Assembly (NCBI RefSeq): GCF_009914755.1
Contig: NC_060941.1
Reading direction: 5' to 3' (one strand)
DNA from: the human T2T-CHM13v2.0 reference genome, Homo sapiens
DNA: 64,000 nucleotides
Shown here: positions 1 through 18,290 of the stretch, piece after piece
Layout of the letters: every line of letters begins with the position of its first letter
Numbering within the stretch: the first letter of the stretch is position 1
Position numbers and translations under genes: made by a program
Notes under the pieces: generated by a model
Databases searched by the model: none
What the model was told of the DNA's origin: nothing
What the model saw: only the letters and a program-made list of their open reading frames with translations

Positions 1-184
1 GAACCACTTTGAACATTCTGTAAGGTAAATCAATATTTGTTGTTGTGGTTAAGAATCCTGAATTTTTATATGGCTTTGTCTATCACTAATAATCATGTCA
101 CTGCATTAACCTGTATCAAATAAGACACACAACAGAGATATCTTGATTTCTACTCTTTAAGAGTTTGGCTCTTCAGAAGTTTTA

Positions 185-507
<323 letters not shown>

Positions 508-964
508 ATAGAATGATCTCAACACAAACATCCTAATGTTTATTACATTCTCACTGAAAACAATTTTCATAAAGAACTAAGTTTTCCAAAATGGGTGCAT
601 GGGCAACCTTACACATTATGCCAATAGCTATATCATTCACTCATCATTCTTAAAAAAAATCCATTCAGGGGTATTAGTTAATAAGCCTTTTCCATATTTA
701 CAGGCTACCTATCCAGAGTCTGATAAAGGGACAAAAGGCCCCTTTCCTTCACAAACCTATAATCTAATAGAAAAGGAGTTGTTCCTACCTCTGTGGAACT
801 CTCAATCAGCTAGTGACAATAGGGCACAGAGCAAGAGCACGGGTTTATGGAAAGAATTAAGTTTGGGCCAAAATAAATCCTTAATGGATTTAAAAGACAA
901 CTTGATCCTTAAGAATTTCCTTCCTAGTTCTTCTCATATTTATCCCTCTCTGACTCCATTGCTC

Positions 965-1210
965 CTCTGTTCACTAAAACATTTATTGGCTCAGTTAATA
1001 GGTGCCAAGCATTGTTCTAAGTAATAGGGATAGAGCAGTGTGCAAGATCTTGCCAGGTGCATACTTTGAGAGCTGGTAACCTAACAAGATGATAGTCATT
1101 AAACAACTAATTGCAAATGTGATAAGCATTTTGAAAGTAGTGAGCCCATTCCTAGAGGATTTTACAATGTGAAACTAGGAAGGCTGCCTGGAGGGAATGA
1201 ATTAAGCAGG
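965..1210 (-). mobile_element. L2 3'-end fragment
   Basis: ACATTTATTGGCTC...GTGCCAAGCATTGTTCTAAG...GGGATAGAGCAGTG matches the reverse L2 3' end. Confidence 0.65.
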
Positions 1211-1329
1211 GCCTAGAAAGAAAAGGAAGAGACCCCAAGACCACTTACGTTTGTGATGTTTCATGAGCTCCCTATTGTTATTATTTAACATCACTAAATG
1301 TGAATATTCTTAATTATAGTGTAGATCAT

Positions 1330-1968
<639 letters not shown>

Positions 1969-2754
1969 TACTATCTCTTTTTATTGGTCCTCTGCTGTAC
2001 TGATTATCAAATATTTTCAACAATAGCCACATACGTATAATGTAACAGTAGCTGAAATTTCACAATTTCTCTGGATCCTGCTTCTGCCATTATAGCACAA
2101 AATTCAAATGTAACTGGGATAGATAAATCACTAAAATTATGTTCACTATGATATGAGCAATTCATTAAATCTTGTTTTCTTTTTGACGAGAAAGATATAC
2201 CAACAATAAATTATTGGGATGGGAATAGACTGAAGGGAAAATAATTAGAGAGGGAAAAAAGGTCAGAAAACCAATCATTATCTTTGTATTCCTCATGTCT
2301 TGTGATATGTCTGGCAAATCGTAAGAACTCAAATATTCATATGAATATAAGTGATTAAATGAACACATGTATATGTAATTTATACTTGCCTAAGATAACC
2401 ATTGTCTCATTCATACTTGTGTCTAGAAATCTCCTGGGAATAATATCTAATTGTTCTATTGCTCTAGAGAGTGCTTATTTATAGAATTCTTTTTAGTTCT
2501 AATTTTCATTTATATATTAACTGGGATTGCCTCTACTTTGATGGCTAAATACTATGTTTTTTATTTCCACTTACCTCATATCTTGAGAGGAATTACCAAA
2601 AAGCTTCTGTTTAACTGATCTTCTCTCATGATGATTTACTATTCCAGTTAACTTTCCACCTCATTATTTAGAATTTTTTTCTCTCTTCCACTTTCTCTTC
2701 CTTCTCTTCCTTATCTCCTCCCCCTCTTTTTTTTTCAATTAAGTCTTAAAGCTA

Positions 2755-4335
2755 TTAGGTAAGACCACAGCAAAGGAGGAAGATGGAGCCACAGTAGCTT
2801 AGAATAAGGTATTAGAGCTAGAGTGGGTGAGAGGGGGTCCATACTGGGGGTGCTTACAGAGACATGGGATAGAAAGAATAAGAGATTGATTGTATTCGGG
2901 TAAATTGAACAAATAAGTAAATAAATTAGGGATAATGGGAGCTAACTGTCTCACTGTTGAAGGAAGTTGTGAACATCAAAAGCTAAAAAACTAGAATACA
3001 CCACTAGAAATGTGGTGTTGTGTTTAAATCAAATATAAGAGTGTGAATTCATGGTTTTAATAGATAGATAATAGATGGATAAATAGATACATAGATGAAA
3101 GAAAGATTAAATAGTAGGTAGATAAGTAGATGAAGGAAGGTAGATAGATGATAGATAAATGGGTAAATATATGTATCTGTACACTGACAGGGCCTAGGTA
3201 CAGTGATATCCCCAGGTAGATAAGCACATCCAGCACCAGATATTGTTTTCTAAATATCATTACCTACCTAAAAGGAACCAGGGCTCCTTGCAGATAATGG
3301 CTGATCTCAGGTCGGGGATGAAGACAATATTAAATGATCTTGAAACATCTTAGTTTGCCAAACCACAAGGTTCTAAAATATTGTTTTTTACATGTCCAAG
3401 AAACGAGGTGCCAGAAGGAAAAGTCTCCTATTGAGCAAATGTAAGGCGTATTTACATCAAAATAAATAATTGGTATAATGGCTGTGGCATTATCAAAAAT
3501 AAAATATAAATAAACAACATAAATAAGATTGTAATCCAGTGATTAAAATAGGAATCCTATGACTTCATGCTGATATAAATAAATATATTAATATATCACA
3601 ATTTTGGTAAAAAACAGCATGTTTATACAGCCTCAAAGTACCTCCTGGAAAGTAATTAATTTTAAGGAAAAAATGAGTGTCTTTATAGTATAAAAGCTTG
3701 GCAGACTCTAGGGAAGATTGTCAAATAATCAAAGTTAATATCACCAGTAATGGAACAGGACAAAATTAAATTCTGTAACACACGATAGGATCTAAAACAA
3801 AACAAAATGAATAAACAGCATCACTTCAGTGATATTTCTGCCATGGTAGAATATGAATATAACTATTTTAAAAAAGCAGACAGACAAACCAAAGTGAGGG
3901 ACAAGCTACAAAATAACAGCTTCTACCCTTCAAGAATTTTAATGATATAAAAGTCAAGGAAAGATTGAAGAACTGTTCCCATTGAAGTTGAAGAAGACAA
4001 AAGGGACCTTGTGACTAAGTGCAAAATGTGTTGCCAAAGCCGATCTTTTTTGCTATAAAGGGCTCTTATTAGGAAATCTGTCAAAACTTAGATGAGGTCT
4101 GAGAACTACATGGTGACAGTACATCTGAGTTAGTCTCTTTATTTTGATATTAATACAAATGTGTATTAATTAAGAAATGTGAGAGAATTTGTGTTTACAG
4201 GAAATAAGCACTAAATATTCCAGAGTGTTGAGAGAACATGGTAACTTATCTTTAAATCATTCCAAAAAATAAAGTTCCTGGTATTATATTTACATTTCTA
4301 AAAGGTTAGGATTTTTTTCTAACGATTTTTAAAAA
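2755..4335 (+). mobile_element. Old L1 3' region (L1MC3/4- or L1MD-like)
   Basis: CTGACAGGGCCTAG...AAAAGGAACCAGGGCTCCTTG...GGCTGAT motif typical of L1MC/MD 3'UTRs. Confidence 0.7.
3058..3165 (+). repeat. Degenerate (GATA/TAGA)n microsatellite
   Basis: Interrupted TAGA/GATA units inside the old L1. Confidence 0.8.
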
Positions 4336-6924
4336 GAATCACTTGTAGCTGGTCTTTCTTCCTGTCTCCTCTAACATAACTAAACAGTGTGACCCAGACT
4401 GTCTTCCTTTATTCCTCTCCCCCTGCTTTTAATGACATGTACAAGCCATTTAGGCATATATAACTTTTAAATACAATTTGAGGACAACAGCACTGGAGTA
4501 GAGAAGGGGATATTTCATTGCAGCACAATATGAGAGATTCTTGTAAAAATCTCCCTAGTCAAATGTCTTTGGCAGATTTTCTTCTAAATTCTGCTGGCCT
4601 CCTGCTGAAACCCTGTCCCACCAGGTCCTCCTTACTCCTTCTTCTCTGGCTGTTCTCATTCTCCCAGTGCAGGTATTTTTTATATAGATCACCATATGAG
4701 CATGTCAAGTCCCAAGCTCATTATGGATACCCCAGGGTGCATACAACCAAACAACCATGCTAAGATGTGCTTCTAAAGAACCCTATTCCACAAAAGAATT
4801 CTACAGTTTGCTCCCCAAATAACAAGAGCTCTCTCTTTAGTGTTCACTATAAAATATAGTACCATGCAATAACACAGTAAAAAATCGATAACATGTTGTC
4901 AAATTAAATTAATGAGATTTAAATGCTGAAGTTGGAATCTTTACCAGTGCAACTTTTAGAAACATTTTCAATTCAGACACACACAGACTTGTTGGAATGG
5001 ATGCTCTTTTGTCTGAACACACAATGGAACAATCAATACATTTATTCAGTGAATTTGTGATTTTGTTTATAAACTGAGTAGGCCAGGTGAGATAATTAAA
5101 AGTAGTCAATCGGATTTTTCTAAGCTTTACTCACAGATCATTTAGTATGTGAATTAATTCATCTCTGGATATGCTAGTTGCTTAACTTTCACCCTTTTAG
5201 TTAATGAAATGCATGTCATATAATTAATAAAGCCATTTCTCTCCTGAATATTGATATACTTCTAAATCATAGATCAAAGTTTTTGTAGAAAGCATTCAGA
5301 ATATTTAAAGTTTTAGGTAGCACTTTTTATTCCTAGTGTTAGTACATGAAATATTGTAGACAATGAGGCCTTTGCATTCAATTTGTTAGAATAAGAGTTC
5401 TTTAACTTTTGTTTAAATTAATTCATAAGAACGTTATTCAGTGCAGTCTGAGTACCTTGGCAGCATTAAGACACAACATCTTCTATATACAGTTTGGAAT
5501 AATTGTGAACTAAAAATTTTAATACTGTTCTGATTTTGTCTATGATGTATCACTATGGTTCCTTAACAGTTGCAATTGCACAGAGCATTTGAGAAGCAAA
5601 ACAATCTAAGCGCCTCAACTTACAACAATAATGAGTACAACAGTTTGTTGAAGTAGCTGTAAATCAAATGTTCTGTAGCTATTTTTTTTAAAAAAAGCCC
5701 ATAAGTTATTTGGATAGGATCCTTTACTTCTGCCACCTAACAGAAGCTCTGCATACAAATAAAAAGGAAGCATCCATGTTGTCTTCAGGTTAAGGTTTGC
5801 CCCTGAAAAGAAAGATGTTGTAGATTTTTTCCTGAAACATTGCTGAAGTTCAGCTTCATCTAGTAGAAGCCAAAGCAGGACAATTACATCGTGGATACAC
5901 TCAAAATCAGTTCATTGTTATGAGAAACTGGAGATCACAGAGAACAAATGAAATTACATGCCACAAAAATGAGAAAATGTATTTTCCACTTCCATGTTTC
6001 TTACCTTTAACTCGCTAAAGATTCTTCTTTCACAAACAAAAAAATAACAACAACAACAAAAAAAACAGGTATAACCTAGATTCCAGTCACATAATATGCA
6101 AGTCCTTCTTTAGAAATAGGTTGGGAAGTGGGTTGATGTGAGATAAGGAAATGACTCCAATGTCTTCACGCCCTGGTCTATAGTTTTAATATACAGTTTA
6201 TGCATGTCTTCAAGTAGGAACATGGTCTTAAGTTTAATTACAGATATTTTCTTAGGAAGGATACATAATCGAGAGCCAGAAATTAATCTACCATGGAAAA
6301 AAGCAAAGTGGTAGACATTAATTTTCAGTCAAATTAAATCTGATAGATTTATTTTTGGTGTTATGTTGTTATTGAGTGAGATGAGATACTTTCCTGTTTG
6401 TTTTGAAAAGGTATTAATTATAATTGACGAGAAAATTAAGCCCAACATATTGCCATTCACATGATTTGTCGAAAATAATAGAAACTCTCCTATTTGATTA
6501 TGGAGCGAAGGCATAAATTTAGGAAATACTTAAATAAAAATAGTGATATTCATGTTAATGTGATTAAATGGCATAAAAAGTAATATTCAGTTTTCATCTA
6601 TGAGGTCATGGCACACTAGTAGTGTCAGGGTGGGTCAAACCTGAAGCAAAGTTACCTGGGAACGCCTGAGATAATTTAACCAGGATAGAGCACTGGATTC
6701 ATCTTGGTTGAGGAGTCAAAATTATATGTAGCTGGAAAGACAATAACAAGCATCAAATAAATTATTATATGGCAGGATGCCAGTCCTACTCAATGGCCCT
6801 GGAAAAGTCTTCTATATAGATAAGATTCTGGGCTAACTTTGAGGAATTCATGTATGTCTTGAGAAACATACATGTATGTTTTTTGCTATCATGTATGGTG
6901 GCTTATCTTAGTAGCCATTTTATC

Positions 6925-7090
6925 CGACAAACATTTATTGAAAGCATACTATATACTAGGCACTACAAAAAATAATAGGGATACAACAGCAATCAAAGTA
7001 TACATGATCTCTGACCCTCAGAGTTAATGGCTAAGTGGGTGACATTATCCAAAGGAAACAGCATTATAGTAAGATTTGTGCAATGAATTT
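6925..7090 (-). mobile_element. L2 3'-end fragment
   Basis: CAAACATTTATTGAAAGCATACTATATACTAGGCACT...GGGATACAACAG. Confidence 0.6.
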
Positions 7091-7224
7091 ATAGAGGACT
7101 GAGACTTTATTTAGTCTTAGGAATGAAGAAGCTTTGGTTAATAATTCTGCTGGTGCTTGTTTAAACTTGACTTTGCCAGAGTATACATGAAGTTTTCATA
7201 TGTTTGCCATTTCTATAGTTTTTT

Positions 7225-7675
7225 TATGTCAGTTAACTTTTGCCATGTAACATACTACACTAAGATACAGGGACTTAAAACAACTATTTATTTGCTCACA
7301 ATTCTATGGGTCAATAGGTGGTTCTATTGGTCTTGAGCAACTTGGCTCATCTCTGCTGTCAACTGTCATTTTGTCTGGGTCTAAAAATTCTCAGATGGCC
7401 TTATTCACATGTCTGGACAATCTGTTAGGATTGTTGGAATGTCCAGAATGACTAGTCTCTTTCTTCCAATAGGCAAGCTTGGGCTTGTTCTTATGCTGGC
7501 CTAAGGCTTTTCAACAGCAAGAGAGAGCAGGACCAAATTTGCAAGAACTATTTAAGCCTCTGCTTATATCAAATTTTCCAATGCCCCAAAGCAAGCAATA
7601 TGGCCACGCTCAGATTCAAAGGGTAGAGAAATAGACTCCTTCTATTGCTAGGTGGAGGTACAAAAATATTCGCCA
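7225..7675 (-). mobile_element. MLT1-family (MaLR) LTR
   Basis: GCCATGTAACATACTAC...ACTTAAAACAACTATTTATTTGCTCACAATTCTATGGGTCA...AAATAGACTCC. Confidence 0.7.
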
Positions 7676-8979
7676 CTGCACTTTATTGAAGATGGTGTGG
7701 GCAACCTTGCTGTCACAGAACTGCTTTCGTGATGAAAGTTTTCAACTTCTTCCTGACTTAGAACCAATTTTTAATTATTAATATTGACTATTAAAGTTCT
7801 TCCCCTGTTCTTTTCCATTTTTATCTTGTTCTCCACCACTGCCTACTATTAAAACTTCAGCCAGAAAGTTCTACAAATTGACCTTTAAATCCACTTCTGC
7901 CAATGAGATTTGCTCATCCTTTAAGATTTAGCATAACTCTATATTAATGTTCTGATTTTTCTCATTACTCTGAATAAGAATGACTTTATGGCTCCAGACG
8001 AAACTGCTTATATTCAAATTGCCTTTAAGGGAGTTGCTTACTATAGTTTCCTAAACTCAGAACAGTGCCTATTCCCTGCAGCACATATTTTTGCTCTTAC
8101 TGTTAAACTTATTTGGATTTTATAACCACTTCTTAAATGTCTATTTTGTCTCCCTCACCAGAAAGCAAGCCTCTTAAGGACCAAAGCTATTTCTTTTATG
8201 TTTTACCCCTCAGTAGACTGTCTTTAAGTCCTTAAATACATGTAAAATTAAGGTATTATTTCATTTTATAAACTATATGTTTATGGTTTTAGTTATGAGA
8301 AATATGTAAAATGAGATACATATTAACTTTTTGTTTATCCCAAAATAATTGACCATTTTCCCTGTTTCAATTTACAACTAAGGAGCCCAAGAGAATAAAG
8401 ATAATAGATTAGGTAGCTTGAAAGAGTAGAGAATGAAAAATTTGCAAGATGTGGAAGTTGGCCAGATGTTGACAGATATGGAATTAGTAACCAAAATATA
8501 CTTTCAATAAACATTTGTATCGGATGTGTCATTTTTTTTCTCAGCAAAATTTTTGCTTCACTCGCTTCTGACATCTACTGAGTATCTAGAATGGAGCAGC
8601 TGCTGTATCTCCACCAAAACAAATACAGAATGTCCGAAGCAAAACAGAAGGTCAAGCAGTAACCCTCTGCAAAGAAGTGTAAACTTTCTCCATGTGGATA
8701 TCAGTGTTTTCTAATTTTTTATTGCATCCTGGCATAAAGATCTTAAAAAATACCAGAAAGCCTGTTTGAAAAGGGAACATTAGCTAATTTTCTCCATACT
8801 TTATATATAAATATCCATCTTATGGATGTTTGGAAACATTTGAAGTCTTGGAAAATTGCTTTCCTTTACATGGTGGTGTGTTTAGTATTGAATAGTTATA
8901 GCTTTGATATATACTTTTCTTTATTTTGATAAATATATCCTATTTTTCTTCATTTGACTAAGAATCCCGAAATGGAAAG

Positions 8980-9150
8980 CAGGTGATATGCATTTCTAAT
9001 TCAGGCTTTTACACATAATTAGCTATGTGACTCATCTAAGCCTTTGTTGCCCAGTCTATAAAACAGGGACATTAATGCCCACCCTTGCTACTTTATAGAG
9101 TAATGATGACCAAATCAAATAATGCACATGAAAATGTTTTATAACTTGGA
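8980..9150 (+). mobile_element. MIR fragment
   Basis: AATTAGCTATGTGAC...AAGCCT...CTATAAAACAGGGAC core. Confidence 0.55.
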
Positions 9151-9391
9151 AAATGGAAGGGGTAATTGCACTAGTGTATGATCATAGCATAATATCTAAG
9201 TATGTTTTTTTTCTCTCTACTCAAATTTCTCATTTATTACCTAGACCACGCAATATTCCACTAATTAGCTCTGAAATCTTTGTCAAGTCATTCACCTCTC
9301 TGGATCACATTTTTCTCATCATGAAAATGGGGGAGATTTACTAGATAATATCAAGGAGGGCTTTTCCATATTTTAAAATTCTAAGATCATC

Positions 9392-9702
9392 TATTTTATT
9401 TATTTATTTTAATTTGTTGACATACGGTCTCACTCTGTCACCCAGGCTGGAGTGAAGTATCATAATCATAGCTCATTGCAGCCTTGATCCTGCAGGCTCT
9501 AGTGATCCTCTTGCCTCAACCTCCTGAGTAGCTGAGACTACAAGCATGTGCCACCACATCTGGGTAATTTTTTTTCCATTTTAATTAAAGATGAGTTCTC
9601 ACTATGTTGCCCAGGTGGTCTTGAACTCCTAAACTGAAAATATTCTCCCACGTTGGCTTCTCAAAGTGCTGGAATTACAGCCATGAGCTACCATGCCTGG
9701 CC
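9392..9702 (-). mobile_element. AluJ SINE
   Basis: Diverged Alu with AluJ-type ATCATAGCTCATTGCAGCCTTG and CACTATGTTGCCCAGG. Confidence 0.9.
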
Positions 9703-10000
9703 TAACACAATATATTTTTTCAAAATATTGGTTATGGCATGTTGTTTGAAAAAAAATAGGAAGTAACATGAGCCTCCTCTCCTTTAATTGATGGTCATTA
9801 GCAAGATTTTATGAAATTCCTTCTTGGTATTTTTTTAAGTGTTTATTATGCAATGGAATAAAGTTAAAGTCCCTTAAGTCAGTTGTTCGTACATCATAAT
9901 GTCCTACTTGAAAGTTTGCAATGGCTTCTTATTGCAATTAGATTAAAATTAAACTCTGTATGATGGTTTAAAAGACCCTTTATTACTTTGCTTCTGTCTA

Positions 10001-10515
10001 TGTGTAGGTTTTTAAAAAGTGATCCCAAATTTCTTGGTATTTGTCCCACTGAGAGACAGTGTTCTATATCTCTACCCTATGAATCTGAATGACTTCTTTA
10101 ACCAATAAAATATGGGTGAAGTGATCCTATGGGACCTCATAGACTAGGTTATCAAAGATCATGTTGCTTATGCTTAGATCTTGTGAAATACTTACTTTGT
10201 GTATATTATTTTTGGGCCTCTCCTCAGAAATCAGCCTCCATGCTGTGGAAAGCCCAAGCCACATGAAGAGGCCACATGTTTGTGCTTTGGTCAACAGTCC
10301 CAGTGGGTTCCAAGTTTTCCCAGTCCAGGTGCCAGGCAAGAGAGTGAAGAAGACTCCAAATGATTCCAAGAGGTTCCAGACATAGTGGAGCAGAGATAAG
10401 TCATCCTTGCTATTCTCTGGCCAAAACCTTGACCCAATGACCTGTGAGCATAACAAAATACTTGTTTTACACCAGTGACTTTGGGTGGGGCTTGGTTATA
10501 TATCTACAAGTTACC
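10001..10515 (+). mobile_element. MLT1G/H-like MaLR LTR inserted in L2 remnants
   Basis: CCATGCTGTGGAAAGCCCAAGCCACATGAAGAGGCCACATG...GTGGAGCAGAGATAAGTCATCC; L2-like flanks at 9870-10000 and 10520-10940. Confidence 0.7.
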
Positions 10516-11306
10516 AGATCAACACACCTCTCTCACCCTCTCCCTCATTCATCTCTTCTAGATATGCTGGATTCTCTTAGTCTCTTGTCTATGAAAGGAT
10601 TCTCCTATCTGGCACGTTTGTGCTTACTGTGCCCTTTACCAAGCACTTTTTCCTTCCATTAATGTGTGGTTGTCTACTTGTAATCTTTGATGGTTTAGCT
10701 AAATAGCTCCTTGTAAGAGAAATTCATTTTCTAACCACCCTGCCCAAAATAACCTCCCTACACACCATCCAAAATGTTTTTAGCAGTCTAAAATTATCTT
10801 TATTATCTGTCTGTGTGTTTATTACGTCTTGCTCCTATAGTATCTGCCATGTGAGCAGACACTTTCTTCTATCTTATTCACAGTCACATACACAGCACCT
10901 GAAAGACACTTAGAGAATAATAAAACATAATGAACATAAGCATATGTTTGATAGAGGCTTAAAACGTATATTCTTAGGCCCAAAACTGAAATTCAATTTT
11001 AAAAGTCTTTAATGAGATCTGTACTTTGATTTTCTTTGTTGTTGTTGCTGTTGCAAAAAAGGCAAGCTTTTATTTTATTTTATTTTATTTTATTTTATTT
11101 TTATTATACTTTAAGTTCTAGAGTACATGTGCACAATGTACAGGTTTGTTACATAGGTATACATGTCCCATGTTGGTTTGCTGCACCCATCAACTCATCA
11201 TTTACATTAGGTATTTCTCCTAAAGCTATCCTTCCCCTAGCCCCTCACCCATCAACAGGCTCCAGAGTGTGATGTTCCCCTCCCTGTGTCCATGTGTTGT
11301 AATTGT

Positions 11307-15068
<3,762 letters not shown>

Positions 15069-15131
15069 TACGGTACTAGCTGGTTATTTCACCCGTTAAT
15101 TGATTCAGTTTCTTCATAGCATTGATGGTCT

Positions 15132-16144
15132 TTACCATTTAGCATGCTTTTGCAGGGGCTGGTACCAGTTGTTCCTTTCCATGTTTAGTGCTTCCTTCAA
15201 GAGCTCTTGTAAGGGGGGCCTGGTGGTAACAAAATCTCTCAGCATTTGCATATTATTTCTTCTTCATTTATGAAGCTTAGTTTGGCTGGATATGAAATTC
15301 TGGGTTGAAAATTCTTTTCTTTAAGAATGTCGAATATTGACCACCACTCTCTTCCGGCTTGTAGGGTTTCTGCTGAGAGATCTGCTGTTAGTCTGATGGG
15401 CTTCCCTTTGTGGGTAACCTGACTTTCCTTTCTGGCTGCCCTTAACATTTTTTCCTTCATTTCGGCCTGGGTGAATCTGTCAGTTATATGTCTTGAGGTT
15501 GTTCTTCTTGAGGAGTATCTCTGTGGTGTCCTCTGTATTTTCTGAATTTGAATGTTGGCCTGCCTTGCTAGGTTAGGGAAGTTCTCCTGGATAATATCCT
15601 GAAGAGTATTTTTTTATCTTGGTTCCATTCTCCCCATCACTTTCCGGTACACCAATCAAACGTATATTTGGTCTTTTCACATAGTCCCATATTTCTTGGA
15701 GGCTTTGTTCATTTCTTTTCACTCTTTTTTCTCTAATCTTGTCTTCTCACTTTATTTCATTAATTTGATCTTCAATCACTGACGTCCTTTCTTCTGCTTG
15801 ATCAAGTCAGCTGTTGAAGCTTGTGTATGCTTCCCAATGTTCTTGTACTAAGGTTATCAGATCCATCGGGTCATTTAAGCTCTTTTCTACACTAATTATT
15901 CTAGTTAGCCATTTGTCTAACCTTTTTTCAAGGTTTTTAGCTTCCTTGTGATGAGTTAGAACATGCTCCTTTAGCTTGGAGAAGTTGGTTATTACCGACC
16001 TTCTGAAGCCTACTTCTGTCAACTCATCAAACTCATTATCCGTCCAGTTTTATTCCCTGCTGGCGAGGAGTTGAGTTCCTTTGGAGGAGAAAAGGTGCTC
16101 TGGTTTTTGGAATTTTCAGCCTTTCTGCTCTGGTTTCTCCCCAT
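15132..16144 (-). pseudogene. L1 ORF1, disrupted
   Basis: Fragments MKEKMLRAARK...KGKPIRLTADLSAETLQA and EAKNLEKRLDKWLTRI. Confidence 0.9.
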
Positions 16145-17629
16145 CTTTGTGGTTTTATCTACCTTTGGTCTTTGATGTTGGTGACCTATGGATGGGGTTT
16201 TGGTGTGGATATCCTTTTTGTTGATGTTGATGCTATTCTTTTCTCTTTGTTAGTTTTTGTTCTAACAGACAAGCACCTCATCTGCAGGTCTGTTGGAGTT
16301 TGCTGGAGGTCCACTTCAGTCCTTGTTTGCCTGGGTATCAGCAATGGAGGCTGTAGAACAGAAAACATTGCTGCCTGATCCTTCCTCTGGAAGCTTCATC
16401 CTGGAGGGGCACCTGCCTGTGTGATGTGTCTGTCGGCCCCTACTGGGAGGTGTCTCCCAGTCAGGCTACATGGGGGTCAGGGACCCACTTGAGGAGGCAG
16501 TCTGTCCATTACTGGAGCTTGAATGCCATGCTGAGAGAACCACAGCTTTCTCCAGAGCTGTCAGACAGGGAAGTTTAAGTCTGCAGAAGCTGTCTGCTGC
16601 CTTTTGTACAGATATGCTCTGCCCCCAGAGGTGGAATCTAGAGAGGAAATAGGCCTTGCTGAGCTGCAGTGGGGTCCACCAAATTCGAGCTTTCCTGCTG
16701 CTTTGTTTACACTGTGAGCATAGAACCACCTACTCAAGCCTCAGCAATGGTGGACGCCCCTCCCCCCACCAAGCTCCAGCATCCCAGGTTGATCTCCGAC
16801 TGCTGTGCTAGCAGTGAGCAAGGCTCCTTGGGCGTGGGACCTGCTGAGCCAGGCATGGGAGGGAATCTCCTGGTCTGCTGGTTGCGAAGACCGTGGGAAA
16901 AGTGCAGTATTTGGGCAGAGGTGTACTGTTCCTCCAGGTACATTCACTCATGGCTTCCTTAGGCTACGAAAGAGAAATCCCCTGAATCTTTGTGCTTCCT
17001 GCATGAGGCGATGTCCCACCATGCTTTGGCTCACCCTCCGTGGGCTGCACCCACTCTCCAACCCATCCCAATGAGATGAACCGGGTGCCTCAGTTGGAAA
17101 TGCAGAAATCACCCGTCTTCTGCATTGATCTTGCTGGGAGCTGTAGACTAGAGCTCTTCTTATTCAGCCATCTTGGAAGTGACCTGTACTTTGAATTTCT
17201 AACATTTAACCCAGGTTATTCCAAAGCAAGTGTACTGTGGACATTGTGACAGTACTTTCTTTATACATATGACCATTTTCTTATAAAACAATAGTATGAG
17301 ACAATATATTGCAATCTAGAAAATGCTATATAATGAATTCCTGATAGAATTAGTAATACCTATTTTTATTGAATTAGGATAAATTATCACAGGAAAATAT
17401 AACTAATAAAGAAAATTTCACTATGTCTCTTCTAGTGTCACTACTGATTCATCTATGCTTTTATATTAATTTTCCTGCAGTTATAATTGATACTATGAAT
17501 TAAAAAATGATTCCTATCTTTAGTTCAACAATTCTCTTTCTCTTTTTACTTAAATCTAGTTCTTACTTTTATATTCCTCTCAAATTGAGTATAATATTCT
17601 AGGCTTTATTGCTACTCCCCTGTATTTGG

Positions 17630-18290
17630 CATATATATGTGTGTGTGTATATGTGTATATATAATTGATCAGACAGTACAGAGAGTTTCCGTATAAACTC
17701 ACCCCCAAATATAGTTTATCCTATTATTAATATTCTGTATTTGTGTTGTACATTTGTTAAAATTAATGAACTAATATTGATCCATTATTATTAACTAAAG
17801 TTCACAGTTTACATTAAGATTCATACTGTGTGTGTTTTAAATTCTATGGATTTTTGACCAATACATAATGTCATGTATCCACCTTTATAGTGGCATACAG
17901 ATTAGTTTAGTCACCCTAAAAACTCCCTGTGCTTCACTTGTTCATTCCTCCCCAGATCCTTTCCAAACACCTGGCAACCACCAATCTTTTTATTGTCTTG
18001 ATAGCTATGCCTTTTTCATAATTTTATTTAGTTGAAATCATATAGTATGTAGCCTTTTCAAACTAGTTTATTTCATTTAACAATTAAGTTTCCTCTATGT
18101 CTTTTGGTGGCTTGATAGCTCACTTCTTTTTACTTCTGAATAATGTTCCATTGGATAGATGTACCCTGAGTTTATTAATTCCTTGAGTTTATTGATTCCT
18201 TAAAGGACACCTTGTTTGTTTCCAGCTTTTAGAATTTATGAATAAAGCTCCTCTAAACATTTGTGTGCAGGTTTGTATTTTGTATATATT
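17630..18290 (-). mobile_element. L1MC1/2-like 3' fragment
   Basis: GTACAGAGAGTTTCC...TTATTAACTAAAGTTCACAGTTTACATT...CCTGGCAACCACCAATCTTTT. Confidence 0.75.

Noticed and set aside
599-1024. 141-aa ORF
   Set aside because: No recognisable domain or codon bias; its end runs into an L2 fragment
4149-4170. Short AT-rich hairpins (also ~23356, ~40891, ~51627, ~58129)
   Set aside because: Stems of 7-9 bp are expected by chance in 64 kb of AT-rich DNA
8526-8714. Possible exon after TTTTTTCTCAG
   Set aside because: No good donor site and no meaningful peptide
18167-18200. 17-bp tandem duplication TGAGTTTATT(A/G)ATTCCT
   Set aside because: Ordinary slippage duplication in an old L1
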